Virus record (IMG/VR): IMGVR_UViG_2541047898_000006
Strand: one strand, 5' to 3'
DNA length: 36,610 nt
DNA from: a virus
Lineage: Duplodnaviria > Heunggongvirae > Uroviricota > Caudoviricetes
Shown here: positions 1 through 8,554 of the stretch, one piece after another
Layout: the number at the start of each line of letters is the position of its first letter
Position numbering within the stretch: position 1 is the first letter of the stretch
Notes under the pieces: generated by a model
The model's input: only the letters and a program-made list of their open reading frames with translations
Database searches by the model: none
What the model was told of the DNA's origin: nothing
Program-made: the position numbers and the translations under genes

Positions 1-1053
1 TTACGGGGTAATGCCAACCGCTGCCGCCACTTTGTCGCCACTTGGCAGCGTTGCCAGAGGATTGAAACGGAGCGCCGTTTCCAGATGATCCGGTGCCAGA
101 TGTGCGTAACGCATAGTCATTTTTATATCGTGGTGTCCGAGAATTTTTTGTAAGGCCAGAATGTTTCCACCCGACATCATGAAGTGCGCCGCAAACGTAT
201 GGCGCAGAACGTGTGTGAGTTGACCGCGAGGGAGTACGATAGACGTTTTTTCCATCACGGATAAAAATTGAAAATAGCAGTCTGTGAAGAAATTGAACCC
301 ATCAAGCGCCATGATCTCTTCGTAAAGCTCTTTACTGATAGGGATGCTTCTGTTTTTCTTCCCCTTCGTTCTGACAAAGGTAATTCGGTATTTGGTCACC
401 TGTGAGCGGGTAAGATTTACGGCTTCACGCCAGCGTGCGCCTGTGCTTAAGCATATCTTAACTACCAGTGCCAGAATTGGGTCCTGACGTTTGCAATCAG
501 CCAGCAATTCAACAATCTGCTCATGGGTAAGCCATGCCATCTCTTTTTCTGCGATGGTGAATTTTCGCATGTTCTCCAGTGGGTTCGGATACGACCATTC
601 GCCCAGACGGGATAGTTCGCTAAAAACACTACTTAGATAGCTTTGCTCCAGGTTAATGGTGACCGGGCTTGCTCCTTTCTTCCATTTCTCGCTGAAGTAG
701 ATCTCGCCTGTCAGGCGTTTATCTCGATAGTGGGCAAACATTTTAGAGGTGAGATCGGTTGCAAGAGGATTGCCCAGAGCGTCAACCATCAACAGCAATT
801 TGTCATAGACATGCTGCCCAGCTGTCAGAGATTTACCATGTAGTTTGAACCATAGCTCAACCACGTCTTTCAGTGTTCGACGATCCACTGATTCACCCAG
901 CCAGGGCTTTGCTTCGGTTTCTTCCATCGTGTGGCGCTCAAAAGCCAGTGCTTCGCCTTTGGTGACGAATTGTTTACGCACACGACGCCCACTTCGTCCG
1001 GCGGGGTAACATTCGCAAAGCCATTTCCCAGTGGTGAGTTTTCGTACTGCCAT
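1..1053 (-). CDS. int: Tyrosine integrase (P2/186-like site-specific recombinase)
   Basis: Minus-strand ORF ending with TAA at 1..3. C-terminal region has the HxxR box (VLRHTFAAH) and catalytic Tyr motif (MRYAHL). Likely start is the internal Met (MAVRKLTTGKWLCE..., GGAGGG SD about 8 nt upstream), giving 350 aa; the ORF-track start at 1209 lacks an SD. Position at the prophage end next to the att core matches P2. Confidence 0.88.
   Translation of the reverse strand: MAVRKLTTGKWLCECYPAGRSGRRVRKQFVTKGEALAFERHTMEETEAKPWLGESVDRRTLKDVVELWFKLHGKSLTAGQHVYDKLLLMVDALGNPLATDLTSKMFAHYRDKRLTGEIYFSEKWKKGASPVTINLEQSYLSSVFSELSRLGEWSYPNPLENMRKFTIAEKEMAWLTHEQIVELLADCKRQDPILALVVKICLSTGARWREAVNLTRSQVTKYRITFVRTKGKKNRSIPISKELYEEIMALDGFNFFTDCYFQFLSVMEKTSIVLPRGQLTHVLRHTFAAHFMMSGGNILALQKILGHHDIKMTMRYAHLAPDHLETALRFNPLATLPSGDKVAAAVGITP
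21..40. repeat. Putative attL core (ctgccgccactttgtcgcca), direct repeat of 33758..33777
   Basis: 19/20 nt identical to 33758..33777, with no similarity on either side. One copy lies inside the int 3' end, the other 3 nt past the ogr stop, which are the positions expected for attL and attR of a P2-like prophage. Confidence 0.55.
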
Positions 1054-1241
1054 AAAAAATGCCCTCCAGTAGAGAGCATTTTCACTGTATGTATAACCAG
1101 TGTCAATGTATGAAATCCTACGACCATACATCTCACTGAAGCCATAATTAAGTTGGCTATTCTTTTTGCTATGTGAGCATGTAACTTTTGCGGTTAACCT
1201 GCGGCTCATTTTTATTTTAGACGCAGATATAAAAGCAAAAG

Positions 1242-1433
1242 TTATCGTGAGTTTTTAGTACAGATTTTTTTGGATTTACTAATAGTTCCATCATTGCAAA
1301 CGAATTTGCCATCTGAGGTACAGTGAGAAACACCTCCCTTTTTCCCTGAGCAGGGATAATTTCTAGCATAGGTAGTTAGTGGGTTTAATAACAAAGAACA
1401 TGACAAAACCACAAAAAATACCTTACCAAGCAT
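1242..1433 (-). CDS. Small secreted Cys-containing peptide (hypothetical cargo gene between cI and int)
   Basis: 63-aa ORF with a strong SD (GGGAGG, 5-nt spacer) immediately after the cI stop. N-terminal signal-peptide-like segment ([23 protein letters not shown]) followed by a Lys-rich roughly 40-aa part with four Cys. AT-rich relative to flanking genes. Confidence 0.5.
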   Translation of the reverse strand: MLGKVFFVVLSCSLLLNPLTTYARNYPCSGKKGGVSHCTSDGKFVCNDGTISKSKKICTKNSR

Positions 1434-1448
1434 AGTTTCCTCCCGGTA

Positions 1449-2105
1449 CTATTTAACATACTTGACTGTTAAACTTATAATTTTACCAATTATTTCAATG
1501 TCTTCTATCTTGCATTCGAAGGCTCTGTTTCCACCCTCGACGAAGATTCTTCCACCGGGTAAACGAGTAATGTCACGGATCGTTATTTCGCCATCAATAC
1601 TTATTACCCATTTACCATCACGTATATCATCAAATTCTTTATCACAAATAAATTCAGAATTGTTATCTGTGATGACAAAAGGTTTTTTAAACGTAGAGGG
1701 TAGAAATCCCTTATCAAAAATATAAAAACCGTCTTTCTGCAATGCTCCATCAGACAATAAATATTTTTCTACTTCTATAGTATTTGTATTTGCTGATGCT
1801 TGCTTTGAACCATGCCCTGTTGTTAGCCAATTAAGCGAGGTGCCCGTTTCAAGGGCGCACTGGATTACCCAATCTGCTGGAAAAATATCACGCATATAGC
1901 GCGTTGCCATGGTGCTCTTAGAAACACCTAAATGATCACATAGAGCCTGACGGGTACCGAACCCATATGCTTCAACTAAACGTTCTATGGCTTTCTTACC
2001 GCCGCTATTGAAATCCACAAGTCCTCCAAAGAAATCCAAAATTCGTTGACAGATTCCAAAAGCGATCTTAAAGTTGAACCAGAAGTGTTCTTTTGGAGCC
2101 TTCAC
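1449..2105 (-). CDS. cI: CI-type immunity repressor (186-like)
   Basis: 218-aa ORF transcribed divergently from the cox/apl-like gene and co-oriented with int. Its N-terminal segment (ERLVEAYGFGTRQALCDHLGVSKSTMATRY...ALETGTSLNWLTTG) fits a phage CI-repressor-type helix-turn-helix domain. The exact start is uncertain. Confidence 0.8.
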   Translation of the reverse strand: MKAPKEHFWFNFKIAFGICQRILDFFGGLVDFNSGGKKAIERLVEAYGFGTRQALCDHLGVSKSTMATRYMRDIFPADWVIQCALETGTSLNWLTTGHGSKQASANTNTIEVEKYLLSDGALQKDGFYIFDKGFLPSTFKKPFVITDNNSEFICDKEFDDIRDGKWVISIDGEITIRDITRLPGGRIFVEGGNRAFECKIEDIEIIGKIISLTVKYVK

Positions 2106-2163
2106 TACTAATCACGACAAACAACGGCTCGCCACAAGCCATATCTAGAAGGAATGTTGCCTT

Positions 2164-2367
2164 ATGACACCTAACATTTCAATTACTCTGAATACACCAC
2201 ATGTCACAATCGAACGTTATAGCGAACTGACTGGCCTTTCTATTGATACGATTAACGACATGTTGGCTGATGGCCGACTACCTCGTCATCGTCTTCGTAA
2301 AGACAAAAAACGTGAAAAGGTAATGATTAACATGGCTGCTCTGACTGTTGATGCTTTGTCTGCTTAA
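2164..2367 (+). CDS. Cox/Apl-like excisionase-family DNA-binding protein (lytic side of the immunity switch)
   Basis: 67-aa ORF divergent from cI, the first gene of the early operon. HTH-like segment [24 protein letters not shown] resembles Xis/AlpA-type winged helix proteins. Confidence 0.6.
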   Translation: MTPNISITLNTPHVTIERYSELTGLSIDTINDMLADGRLPRHRLRKDKKREKVMINMAALTVDALSA

Positions 2368-2422
2368 TAGACGTCTATTTTCGCAATAAGACGCTGAGTT
2401 CGATTTTGCGATAAGTTCGGAG

Positions 2423-2941
2423 TTGAAAACCATGTTTGATTACCAAGTTTCCAAACATCCACATTTTGATGAAGCCTGTCGTGCATTCACACTGCGCCAC
2501 AATCTGGTGCAACTGGCAGAACGTGCGGGCATGAATGTGCAGATTCTGCGGAACAAGCTGAACCCAGCTCAACCTCATTTATTAACCGCACCAGAAATCT
2601 GGCTGCTTACCGATCTGACTGAAGATTCAACGTTGGTAGATGGTTTTCTGGCACAGATTCATTGTCTGCCATGTGTACCGATTAATGAGGTAGCAAAAGA
2701 GAAACTGCCGCATTACGTCATGAGCGCAACTGCAGAGATCGGGCGTGTTGCAGCAGGTGCGGTATCTGGTGATGTAAAAACTAGTGCCGGTCGTCGTGAT
2801 GCTATCAGCAGCATTAACTCTGTAACACGACTGATGGCGCTGGCTGCTGTTTCATTGCAGGCCCGTTTACAGGCTAATCCTGCGATGGCGAGTGCAGTTG
2901 ATACCGTGACTGGCCTCGGTGCTTCATTCGGTTTGCTGTGA
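2423..2941 (+). CDS. CII-like phage regulatory protein
   Basis: 172-aa ORF at the position of 186 cII / P2 B in the early operon. Assignment is mainly by synteny and size. Confidence 0.6.
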   Translation: MKTMFDYQVSKHPHFDEACRAFTLRHNLVQLAERAGMNVQILRNKLNPAQPHLLTAPEIWLLTDLTEDSTLVDGFLAQIHCLPCVPINEVAKEKLPHYVMSATAEIGRVAAGAVSGDVKTSAGRRDAISSINSVTRLMALAAVSLQARLQANPAMASAVDTVTGLGASFGLL

Positions 2942-2948
2942 GGTGCTT

Positions 2949-3245
2949 ATGCTGACGAAAGAACCATCATTTGCATCGCTGCTGGTAAAACAAAGCCCGG
3001 CAATGCACTACGGTCACGGCTGGATCACGGGTGAGGATGGAAAACGCTGGCATCCATGTCATTCACAAGATGAATTGCTGTCTGAATTGACCACGAGGAA
3101 ACGGAGAAAGTCCAAATGTATGCGGCAGAAAGTGAAGTGGTTTATCAGTTTCGTTACAGAGGGGAGAGTTATTCAGTACCTGAAGATGATTTGCTCTGTT
3201 GCTATCCGTCATTGTCGGGCGATGGCAGTTACTTTTTCACGTTAA
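2949..3245 (+). CDS. Hypothetical early protein; 3' part may be out-of-frame read-through
   Basis: ATG at 2949 with GAGGTG SD. The N-terminal roughly 55 aa look protein-like; the remainder is Cys/Arg-rich and overlaps the next ORF by about 130 nt in another frame. Confidence 0.4.
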   Translation: MLTKEPSFASLLVKQSPAMHYGHGWITGEDGKRWHPCHSQDELLSELTTRKRRKSKCMRQKVKWFISFVTEGRVIQYLKMICSVAIRHCRAMAVTFSR

Positions 3246-3340
3246 AGGATGGGACGTTTTTACGGGGAGAGCAGGTTAAAGAGACGATACGAAAAAATGT
3301 ATCTCCTCTTGAGCGTTACCGTAAGAACAAAGAACGATAG
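3116..3340 (+). CDS. Hypothetical early protein
   Basis: 74-aa acidic ORF (MYAAESEVVYQFRYRGESYSVPEDDLL...); GGAG about 9 nt upstream. Its frame is open from 3086. Confidence 0.5.
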   Translation: MYAAESEVVYQFRYRGESYSVPEDDLLCCYPSLSGDGSYFFTLKDGTFLRGEQVKETIRKNVSPLERYRKNKER

Positions 3341-3362
3341 CTGCGTTTGGGGGATATGAAGT

Positions 3363-3704
3363 ATGGCAATTAATGGCGCTGCAGCAACTGTTCCATTAAG
3401 CCCCGGTGAACGCCTGAATGGACTTAATCACATTGCAGAGTTAAGGGCGAAAGTTTTTGGCCTGAATATTGAGTCAGAGCTTGAGCGGTTTATTAAAGAT
3501 ATGCGTGATCCACGGGATATCAATAATGAACAAAATAAACGGGCACTGGCTGCCATATTCTTTATGGCAAAAATTCCAGCTGAACGTCATAGCATCAGCA
3601 TTAATGAGCTGACCACTGACGAAAAGCGGGAGCTGATTAAAGCAATGAATCATTTTCGTGCAGTGGTGAGCTTATTTCCCAGACGGCTAACCATGCCGAA
3701 TTAA
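3363..3704 (+). CDS. Hypothetical phage early protein
   Basis: 113-aa ORF in the early operon, co-oriented; no recognisable motif. Confidence 0.55.
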   Translation: MAINGAAATVPLSPGERLNGLNHIAELRAKVFGLNIESELERFIKDMRDPRDINNEQNKRALAAIFFMAKIPAERHSISINELTTDEKRELIKAMNHFRAVVSLFPRRLTMPN

Positions 3705-3771
3705 CCAACTAATGAAATCAATGGCGTAAACCCGCCGGGCATCCCTTTATCTAAATTCAGGAGAATTGATT

Positions 3772-4005
3772 ATGCGTAATATTGAAACCCTCACGACTAA
3801 AACCGGACCGGATGACGCAGGGCTTAATATTTTACTGACAGAGGCTCGTCTGGAAGAACGCCGGGCAAGGGCTGAAGCAATGGCTGCTCGCCTTGATAGC
3901 CTGGCGTGTCATATCACATCCCGCCAGCTAACCCACGTGGAAGCGGCAGAACTGCTGCGCGTGACTGCTGAAGCAATCCAGAACGAAGCGCAGGAGATCC
4001 ACTAA
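3772..4005 (+). CDS. Small acidic helical early protein (hypothetical)
   Basis: ATG at 3772 with CAGGAG SD 8 nt upstream; its stop overlaps the next start (TAATG). Confidence 0.55.
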   Translation: MRNIETLTTKTGPDDAGLNILLTEARLEERRARAEAMAARLDSLACHITSRQLTHVEAAELLRVTAEAIQNEAQEIH

Positions 4006-4232
4006 TGGCTGATGCAATGGATCTCGTACAGCAGCGCGTTGAAGAAGAACGCCAGCGCCATATCCGTGCAGCCCGTGCCAAATCACCGGGCGTGTCACGC
4101 GTACTTTGCATTGAATGTGAAGCGCCAATTCCGCCAGCACGACGCCGCGCCATTCCGGGAGTGCAGCTTTGCATTACCTGTCAGGAAATCGCAGAACTGA
4201 AAGGCAAACATTACAACGGAGGTGCTGTATGA
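4005..4232 (+). CDS. TraR/DksA-family C4 zinc-finger protein
   Basis: CIECEAPIPPARRRAIPGVQLCITCQ is a CxxC-N17-CxxC motif typical of the phage TraR/DksA family; translationally coupled to neighbours. Confidence 0.8.
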   Translation: MADAMDLVQQRVEEERQRHIRAARAKSPGVSRVLCIECEAPIPPARRRAIPGVQLCITCQEIAELKGKHYNGGAV

Positions 4233-5086
4233 GCACCATCCTGAAATGGGCGGGAAATAAAACCGCCATTATGCCAGAACTGAAAAAATACCTTCCTGCT
4301 GGCCCGCGACTGGTTGAACCTTTCGCGGGTTCCTGTGCTGTGATGATGGAAACGGATTATCCCAGCTATCTGGTTGCGGATATTAATCCTGATTTAATCA
4401 ACCTCTATAAAAAGGTTGCCGCTGATTGTGAATCGTTTATATCTCGCGCCAGAGTTTTATTTGAGATCGCAAACAGGGAGGTGGCTTATTACAACATAAG
4501 GCAGGAGTTTAACTGCTCAACTGAAATTACTGATTTCATGAAAGCGGTATATTTCCTGTATCTTAATCGTCACGGTTACCGTGGTTTATGTCGCTATAAC
4601 AAGAGCGGGCATTTCAACATCCCCTACGGTAATTATAAAAATCCGTATTTCCCTGAAAAAGAACTTCGCACATTTGCAGAAAAAGCCCAGCGAGCAACGT
4701 TTATCTGCGCCAGCTTTGATGAAACGCTGGCGATGTTGAAGGCGGGAGATGTGGTGTATTGCGATCCGCCGTATGACGGTACGTTTTCCGGCTATCACAC
4801 TGATGGTTTCACTGAAGATGACCAGTATCACCTGGCATCCGTTCTTGAACATCGGTCATCAGAAGGACATCCAGTCATTGTTTCTAACAGTGACACATCC
4901 CTGATCCGTTCGCTGTATCGCAATTTTACTCACCACTATATCAAGGTAAAACGCAGCATCGGTGTGGCAGCTGGCGAGGGTAAATCAGCAACAGAAATCA
5001 TTGCTGTTTCCGGGCCGCGCTGCTGGATGGGATTTGATTATTCGCGTGGCGTGGATAGTTCTGCCGTGTACGGAGTACGTGCATGA
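4229..5086 (+). CDS. dam: DNA adenine methyltransferase (Dam family, GATC-type)
   Basis: Motifs [32 protein letters not shown] and VVYCDPPY closely parallel E. coli Dam. Start at the ATG overlapping the upstream stop, with GGAGG 6 nt upstream. Confidence 0.9.
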   Translation: MSTILKWAGNKTAIMPELKKYLPAGPRLVEPFAGSCAVMMETDYPSYLVADINPDLINLYKKVAADCESFISRARVLFEIANREVAYYNIRQEFNCSTEITDFMKAVYFLYLNRHGYRGLCRYNKSGHFNIPYGNYKNPYFPEKELRTFAEKAQRATFICASFDETLAMLKAGDVVYCDPPYDGTFSGYHTDGFTEDDQYHLASVLEHRSSEGHPVIVSNSDTSLIRSLYRNFTHHYIKVKRSIGVAAGEGKSATEIIAVSGPRCWMGFDYSRGVDSSAVYGVRA

Positions 5087-7497
5087 GTCATGCCGATATG
5101 AACAACTGCTGCGGCTTTAACGAGGCTGCTGCAGCATTCTCATGGAACAGCCCGAAAAAGGCCATTAACCCTTATCTGGACCCGGCGGAAGTTGCGCCGG
5201 TTTCTACGCTTTCAAACCTGATCACTCTGTACGCTGCCGATAACGAGCAGGAACAGTTGCGCCGCGAGGCACTGAGTGATCAGGTCTGGGAGCGTTATTT
5301 CTTTAATGAATCACGTGATCCTGTCCAGCGCGAAATGGAGCAGGATAAGCTCATTAGCCGGGCAAAGCTGGCGCATGAGCAGCAGCGTTTTAATTCAGAC
5401 ATGGTCATTCTGGCGGACGTCAACGCCCAGCCTTCCCATATCAGCAAGCCGCTGATGCAACGTATTGAATACTTCAGCAGCCTGGGCAGGCCAAAGGCTT
5501 ATTCCCGCTATTTACGTGAGACGATTAAGCCATGTCTGGAACGACTGGAGCATGTACGCGACAGTCAGCTATCTGCATCTTTTCGCTTTATGGCAAGCCA
5601 TGAAGGGCTGGACGGCCTGCTGATCCTGCCTGAAATGAGTCAGGATCAGGTGAAACGCCTGTCCACCCTGGTAGCTGCGCATATGAGTATGTGCCTTGAT
5701 GCAGCTTGTGGTGATTTGTATGCCACCGATGACGTTAAGCCAGAAGAAATCCGCAAGACATGGGAAAAGGTGGCAGCGGAAACCCTGCGTCTGGATGTCA
5801 TCCCACCTGCGTTTGAGCAACTCCGTCGGAAAAGAAACCGCCGTAAACCCGTGCCCTATGAACTCATTCCGGGTTCGTTGGCGCGTATGTTGTGTGCCGA
5901 CTGGTGGTATCGGAAATTATGGAAGATGCGTTGTGAATGGCGGGAAGAGCAGTTGCGTGCTGTCTGCCTGGTCAGCAAAAAAGCATCCCCCTATGTCAGC
6001 TATGAAGCAGTGATGCATAAACGTGAGCAGCGCCGTAAGTCGCTGGAGTTTTTCCGTTCTCATGAACTGGTGAACGAAGACGGCGACACGCTGGATATGG
6101 AAGATGTGGTAAACGCCAGCAGCAGCAACCCGGCGCATCGCCGCAATGAGATGATGGCCTGTGTTAAAGGTCTGGAGCTTATCGCGGAAATGCGCAGTGA
6201 CTGCGCCGTTTTCTACACTATCACCTGTCCGTCGCGTTTCCATTCCACGCTCAATAACGGCAGACCCAACCCGACCTGGACAAACTCGACGGTAAGACAA
6301 AGCAGCGACTATCTGGTCGGCATGTTTGCTGCATTTCGTAAGGCGATGCACAAAGCCGGATTGCGCTGGTATGGCGTGCGGGTGGCTGAGCCGCATCATG
6401 ACGGTACAGTTCACTGGCACCTGTTGTGTTTTATGCGCAAAAAAGACCGCCGCGCCATCACTGCATTACTGCGTAAGTTTGCCATCCGTGAAGACCGCGA
6501 GGAGCTGGGCAATAACACTGGGCCGCGCTTTAAGTCTGAGTTGATTAACCCGCGCAAAGGAACGCCGACAAGCTACATCGCGAAATATATCAGTAAGAAC
6601 ATTGACGGGCGTGGTCTGGCTGGCGAGATCAGCAAGGAAACGGGTAAATCTCTGCGTGATAACGCTGAATACGTTAATGTCTGGGCGTCTCTGCATCGTG
6701 TTCAGCAATTCCGCTTCTTTGGCATTCCGGGGCGTCAGGCTTACCGTGAACTGCGATTGCTGGCTGGTCAGGCGGCAAGGCAACAGGGTGACAAAAAAGC
6801 AGGTGCTCCGGTACTGGATAACCCGCGCCTTGATGCCATTCTGGCTGCTGCTGATGCTGGCTGTTTTGCCACCTACATTATGAAGCAGGGCGGCGTGTTG
6901 GTTCCCCGCAAATATCACTTGATCAGAACCGCTTATGAAATCAACGAAGAGCCGACAGCCTATGGCGATCACGGCATTCGTATTTATGGCATCTGGTCAC
7001 CCATTGCAGAGGGCAAGATCTGCACTCATGCAGTGAAGTGGAAAATGGTTCGTAAGGCCGTTGACGTTCAGGAGGCGGCAGCCGACCAGGGCGCTTGCGC
7101 CCCTTGGACTCGTGGCAATAACTGTCCCCTTGCTGAAAATTTGTACCAACAAGGGAAAGACAAATCAGCTGATGGAGATACCAGAACGGATATCACTCGC
7201 ATGGATGACAAGGAGTTGCACGATTACCTGCACAGTATGAGCAAAAAAGAGCGCCGGGAACTGGCAGCAAGGTTACGCCTGGTGAAACCGAAACGGCGTA
7301 AAGACTACAAACAGCGAATTACAGACCATCAGCGACTGCAGCTCGTGTATGAACTGAAGTCCAGAGGATTTGATGGCAGCGAGAAAGAGGTCGATTTGCT
7401 CCTTCGCGGTGGCAGTATTCCGTCAGGAGCAGGCCTGCGTATCTTCTATCGGAACCAGCGTTTGCAGGAAGATGATAAGTGGCGGAACCTGTATTAA
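5083..7497 (+). CDS. A: Replication initiation protein A (rolling-circle nickase, P2 gpA-like)
   Basis: 804-aa ORF at the gpA position with a YIAKYISKN-type active-site Tyr motif; translationally coupled to dam. Confidence 0.9.
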   Translation: MSHADMNNCCGFNEAAAAFSWNSPKKAINPYLDPAEVAPVSTLSNLITLYAADNEQEQLRREALSDQVWERYFFNESRDPVQREMEQDKLISRAKLAHEQQRFNSDMVILADVNAQPSHISKPLMQRIEYFSSLGRPKAYSRYLRETIKPCLERLEHVRDSQLSASFRFMASHEGLDGLLILPEMSQDQVKRLSTLVAAHMSMCLDAACGDLYATDDVKPEEIRKTWEKVAAETLRLDVIPPAFEQLRRKRNRRKPVPYELIPGSLARMLCADWWYRKLWKMRCEWREEQLRAVCLVSKKASPYVSYEAVMHKREQRRKSLEFFRSHELVNEDGDTLDMEDVVNASSSNPAHRRNEMMACVKGLELIAEMRSDCAVFYTITCPSRFHSTLNNGRPNPTWTNSTVRQSSDYLVGMFAAFRKAMHKAGLRWYGVRVAEPHHDGTVHWHLLCFMRKKDRRAITALLRKFAIREDREELGNNTGPRFKSELINPRKGTPTSYIAKYISKNIDGRGLAGEISKETGKSLRDNAEYVNVWASLHRVQQFRFFGIPGRQAYRELRLLAGQAARQQGDKKAGAPVLDNPRLDAILAAADAGCFATYIMKQGGVLVPRKYHLIRTAYEINEEPTAYGDHGIRIYGIWSPIAEGKICTHAVKWKMVRKAVDVQEAAADQGACAPWTRGNNCPLAENLYQQGKDKSADGDTRTDITRMDDKELHDYLHSMSKKERRELAARLRLVKPKRRKDYKQRITDHQRLQLVYELKSRGFDGSEKEVDLLLRGGSIPSGAGLRIFYRNQRLQEDDKWRNLY

Positions 7498-7588
7498 TCA
7501 CGTGGGTTAACAATTCGTGCTCTTAATAATACCAGGCATATCAGGCTGATGAACGTAAAAAACGTTTTACATCAGTAAGATTATTATA

Positions 7589-7608
7589 TACTGTAAATAT
7601 AAACAGTG
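7589..7608 (+). promoter_or_regulatory. LexA (SOS) box TACTGTAAATATAAACAGTG overlapping a sigma70-like promoter
   Basis: CTGT-N8-ACAG with an AT-rich spacer, close to the consensus TACTGT(AT)4ACAGTA. A -35-like TTTACA (7566..7571) sits 17 bp upstream of TACTGT (7589..7594), so the box overlaps the -10. Confidence 0.6.
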
Positions 7609-7649
7609 GTTGTGCATACAGTGTTGCTTGTGGTGTCATAGGAGGAAAG

Positions 7650-7820
7650 ATGCAGGACTATTTTTTGGAGTCTTTGAAGCTCCAGCGCATTGATTTTTTT
7701 CTTAAGCTTGTAGCGGCTAGTGAGTGTAGTGATGAAGAGAAGGGGCTGGCTCTGCAGTGGGTTTCTGAGTTGACTGATGAGCTGATGGCGAGAATTCGCG
7801 CTCATGAATACAACCACTAG
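7650..7820 (+). CDS. Small SOS-controlled protein (56 aa), candidate Tum-like antirepressor
   Basis: ATG at 7650 preceded by AGGAGG (7640..7645), about 40 nt downstream of the LexA-box promoter. Translation MQDYFLESLKLQRIDFFLKLVAASECSDEEKGLALQWVSELTDELMARIRAHEYNH; too short to appear in the ORF track. Confidence 0.45.
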   Translation: MQDYFLESLKLQRIDFFLKLVAASECSDEEKGLALQWVSELTDELMARIRAHEYNH

Positions 7821-7993
7821 ATGGATCTTCCCAGTAGTTTTTCGAAACTGAAAACAACCGAGTGAAAGTTACGACACTTGAGATTTTCACTTGGGTTATA
7901 ATCAGAATACTTGTTTTCGTCCACAAATGTACATGCCATGCATTAATGTGGTGATAGCTTTCAATTTTTACTAAATGGTTTCAATTGCTTCTT

Positions 7994-8539
7994 ATGAATC
8001 ATGTAATGTTAGATATAGAAACATTGGATGTTGAAAAAACAGCTTATATCCTTTCAGTTGGTGCGGCTTTTTTCGTGCCGGAGACTGGCGAGATTGGTCC
8101 GGGTTTCTATCAAGTTATTTCGCTTGATCATGAACAAGCAGGCAGAACCATTGCCCCCTCTACTGTAAAGTGGTGGATGAATCAAAGTACTGAAGCTAAA
8201 AACGAAAATTTTGATGGCACTAAGGACCTTTTAGAGGTTCTGAATGAATTTGTGGCATTTATTCATCATAATCGTACTGGCCGAGTAAAAGTGTGGGGAA
8301 ACGGGAAAGAGTTTGACTGCACGATCATGCATCATGCCCTGTTACAGGCGGGTCTGGATTGCCCATGGTCATTCAGAGATACTCTTGACGTTAGAACCAT
8401 CTTAGCACTTGGTGAAAGCAAAGGAATTTTTTCTCATGCTGATAAAAATTTCACTGGCATTAGGCACACAGCATTCGATGATGTTTTATTTCAGATCGCA
8501 CAGGTTTCTCACATCTATATGAATTTAAATAAAAAATAA
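7994..8539 (+). CDS. DEDDh-type 3'-5' exonuclease (DnaQ-like)
   Basis: N-terminal DIETLD (Exo I motif) and C-terminal HTAFDD (H-x4-D) motifs. AT-rich. Start ambiguous (TTG 7985, ATG 7994 or ATG 8006). Confidence 0.7.
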   Translation: MNHVMLDIETLDVEKTAYILSVGAAFFVPETGEIGPGFYQVISLDHEQAGRTIAPSTVKWWMNQSTEAKNENFDGTKDLLEVLNEFVAFIHHNRTGRVKVWGNGKEFDCTIMHHALLQAGLDCPWSFRDTLDVRTILALGESKGIFSHADKNFTGIRHTAFDDVLFQIAQVSHIYMNLNKK

Positions 8540-8554
8540 ATATAGGACTTAGCT

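Noticed and set aside
1054-1209. N-terminal 52-codon extension of int in the ORF track (402-aa version)
   Set aside because: No SD at 1209, whereas the internal Met at 1053 has a GGAGGG SD and begins with an integrase-like MAVRKL... N-terminus. The extension is probably an untranslated leader.
4169-4228. Upstream extension of the dam ORF in the ORF track
   Set aside because: It lies in frame within the preceding TraR-like gene; the ATG at 4229 has a GGAGG SD and gives a Dam-like [12 protein letters not shown]-terminus.
7584-7926. Two minus-strand ORFs (7584..7817 and 7717..7926) in the A-to-exonuclease intergenic region
   Set aside because: No ribosome-binding sites, low-complexity translations, and they overlap the LexA-box promoter and the plus-strand small ORF that has a strong SD. 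Judged spurious, though not excluded.
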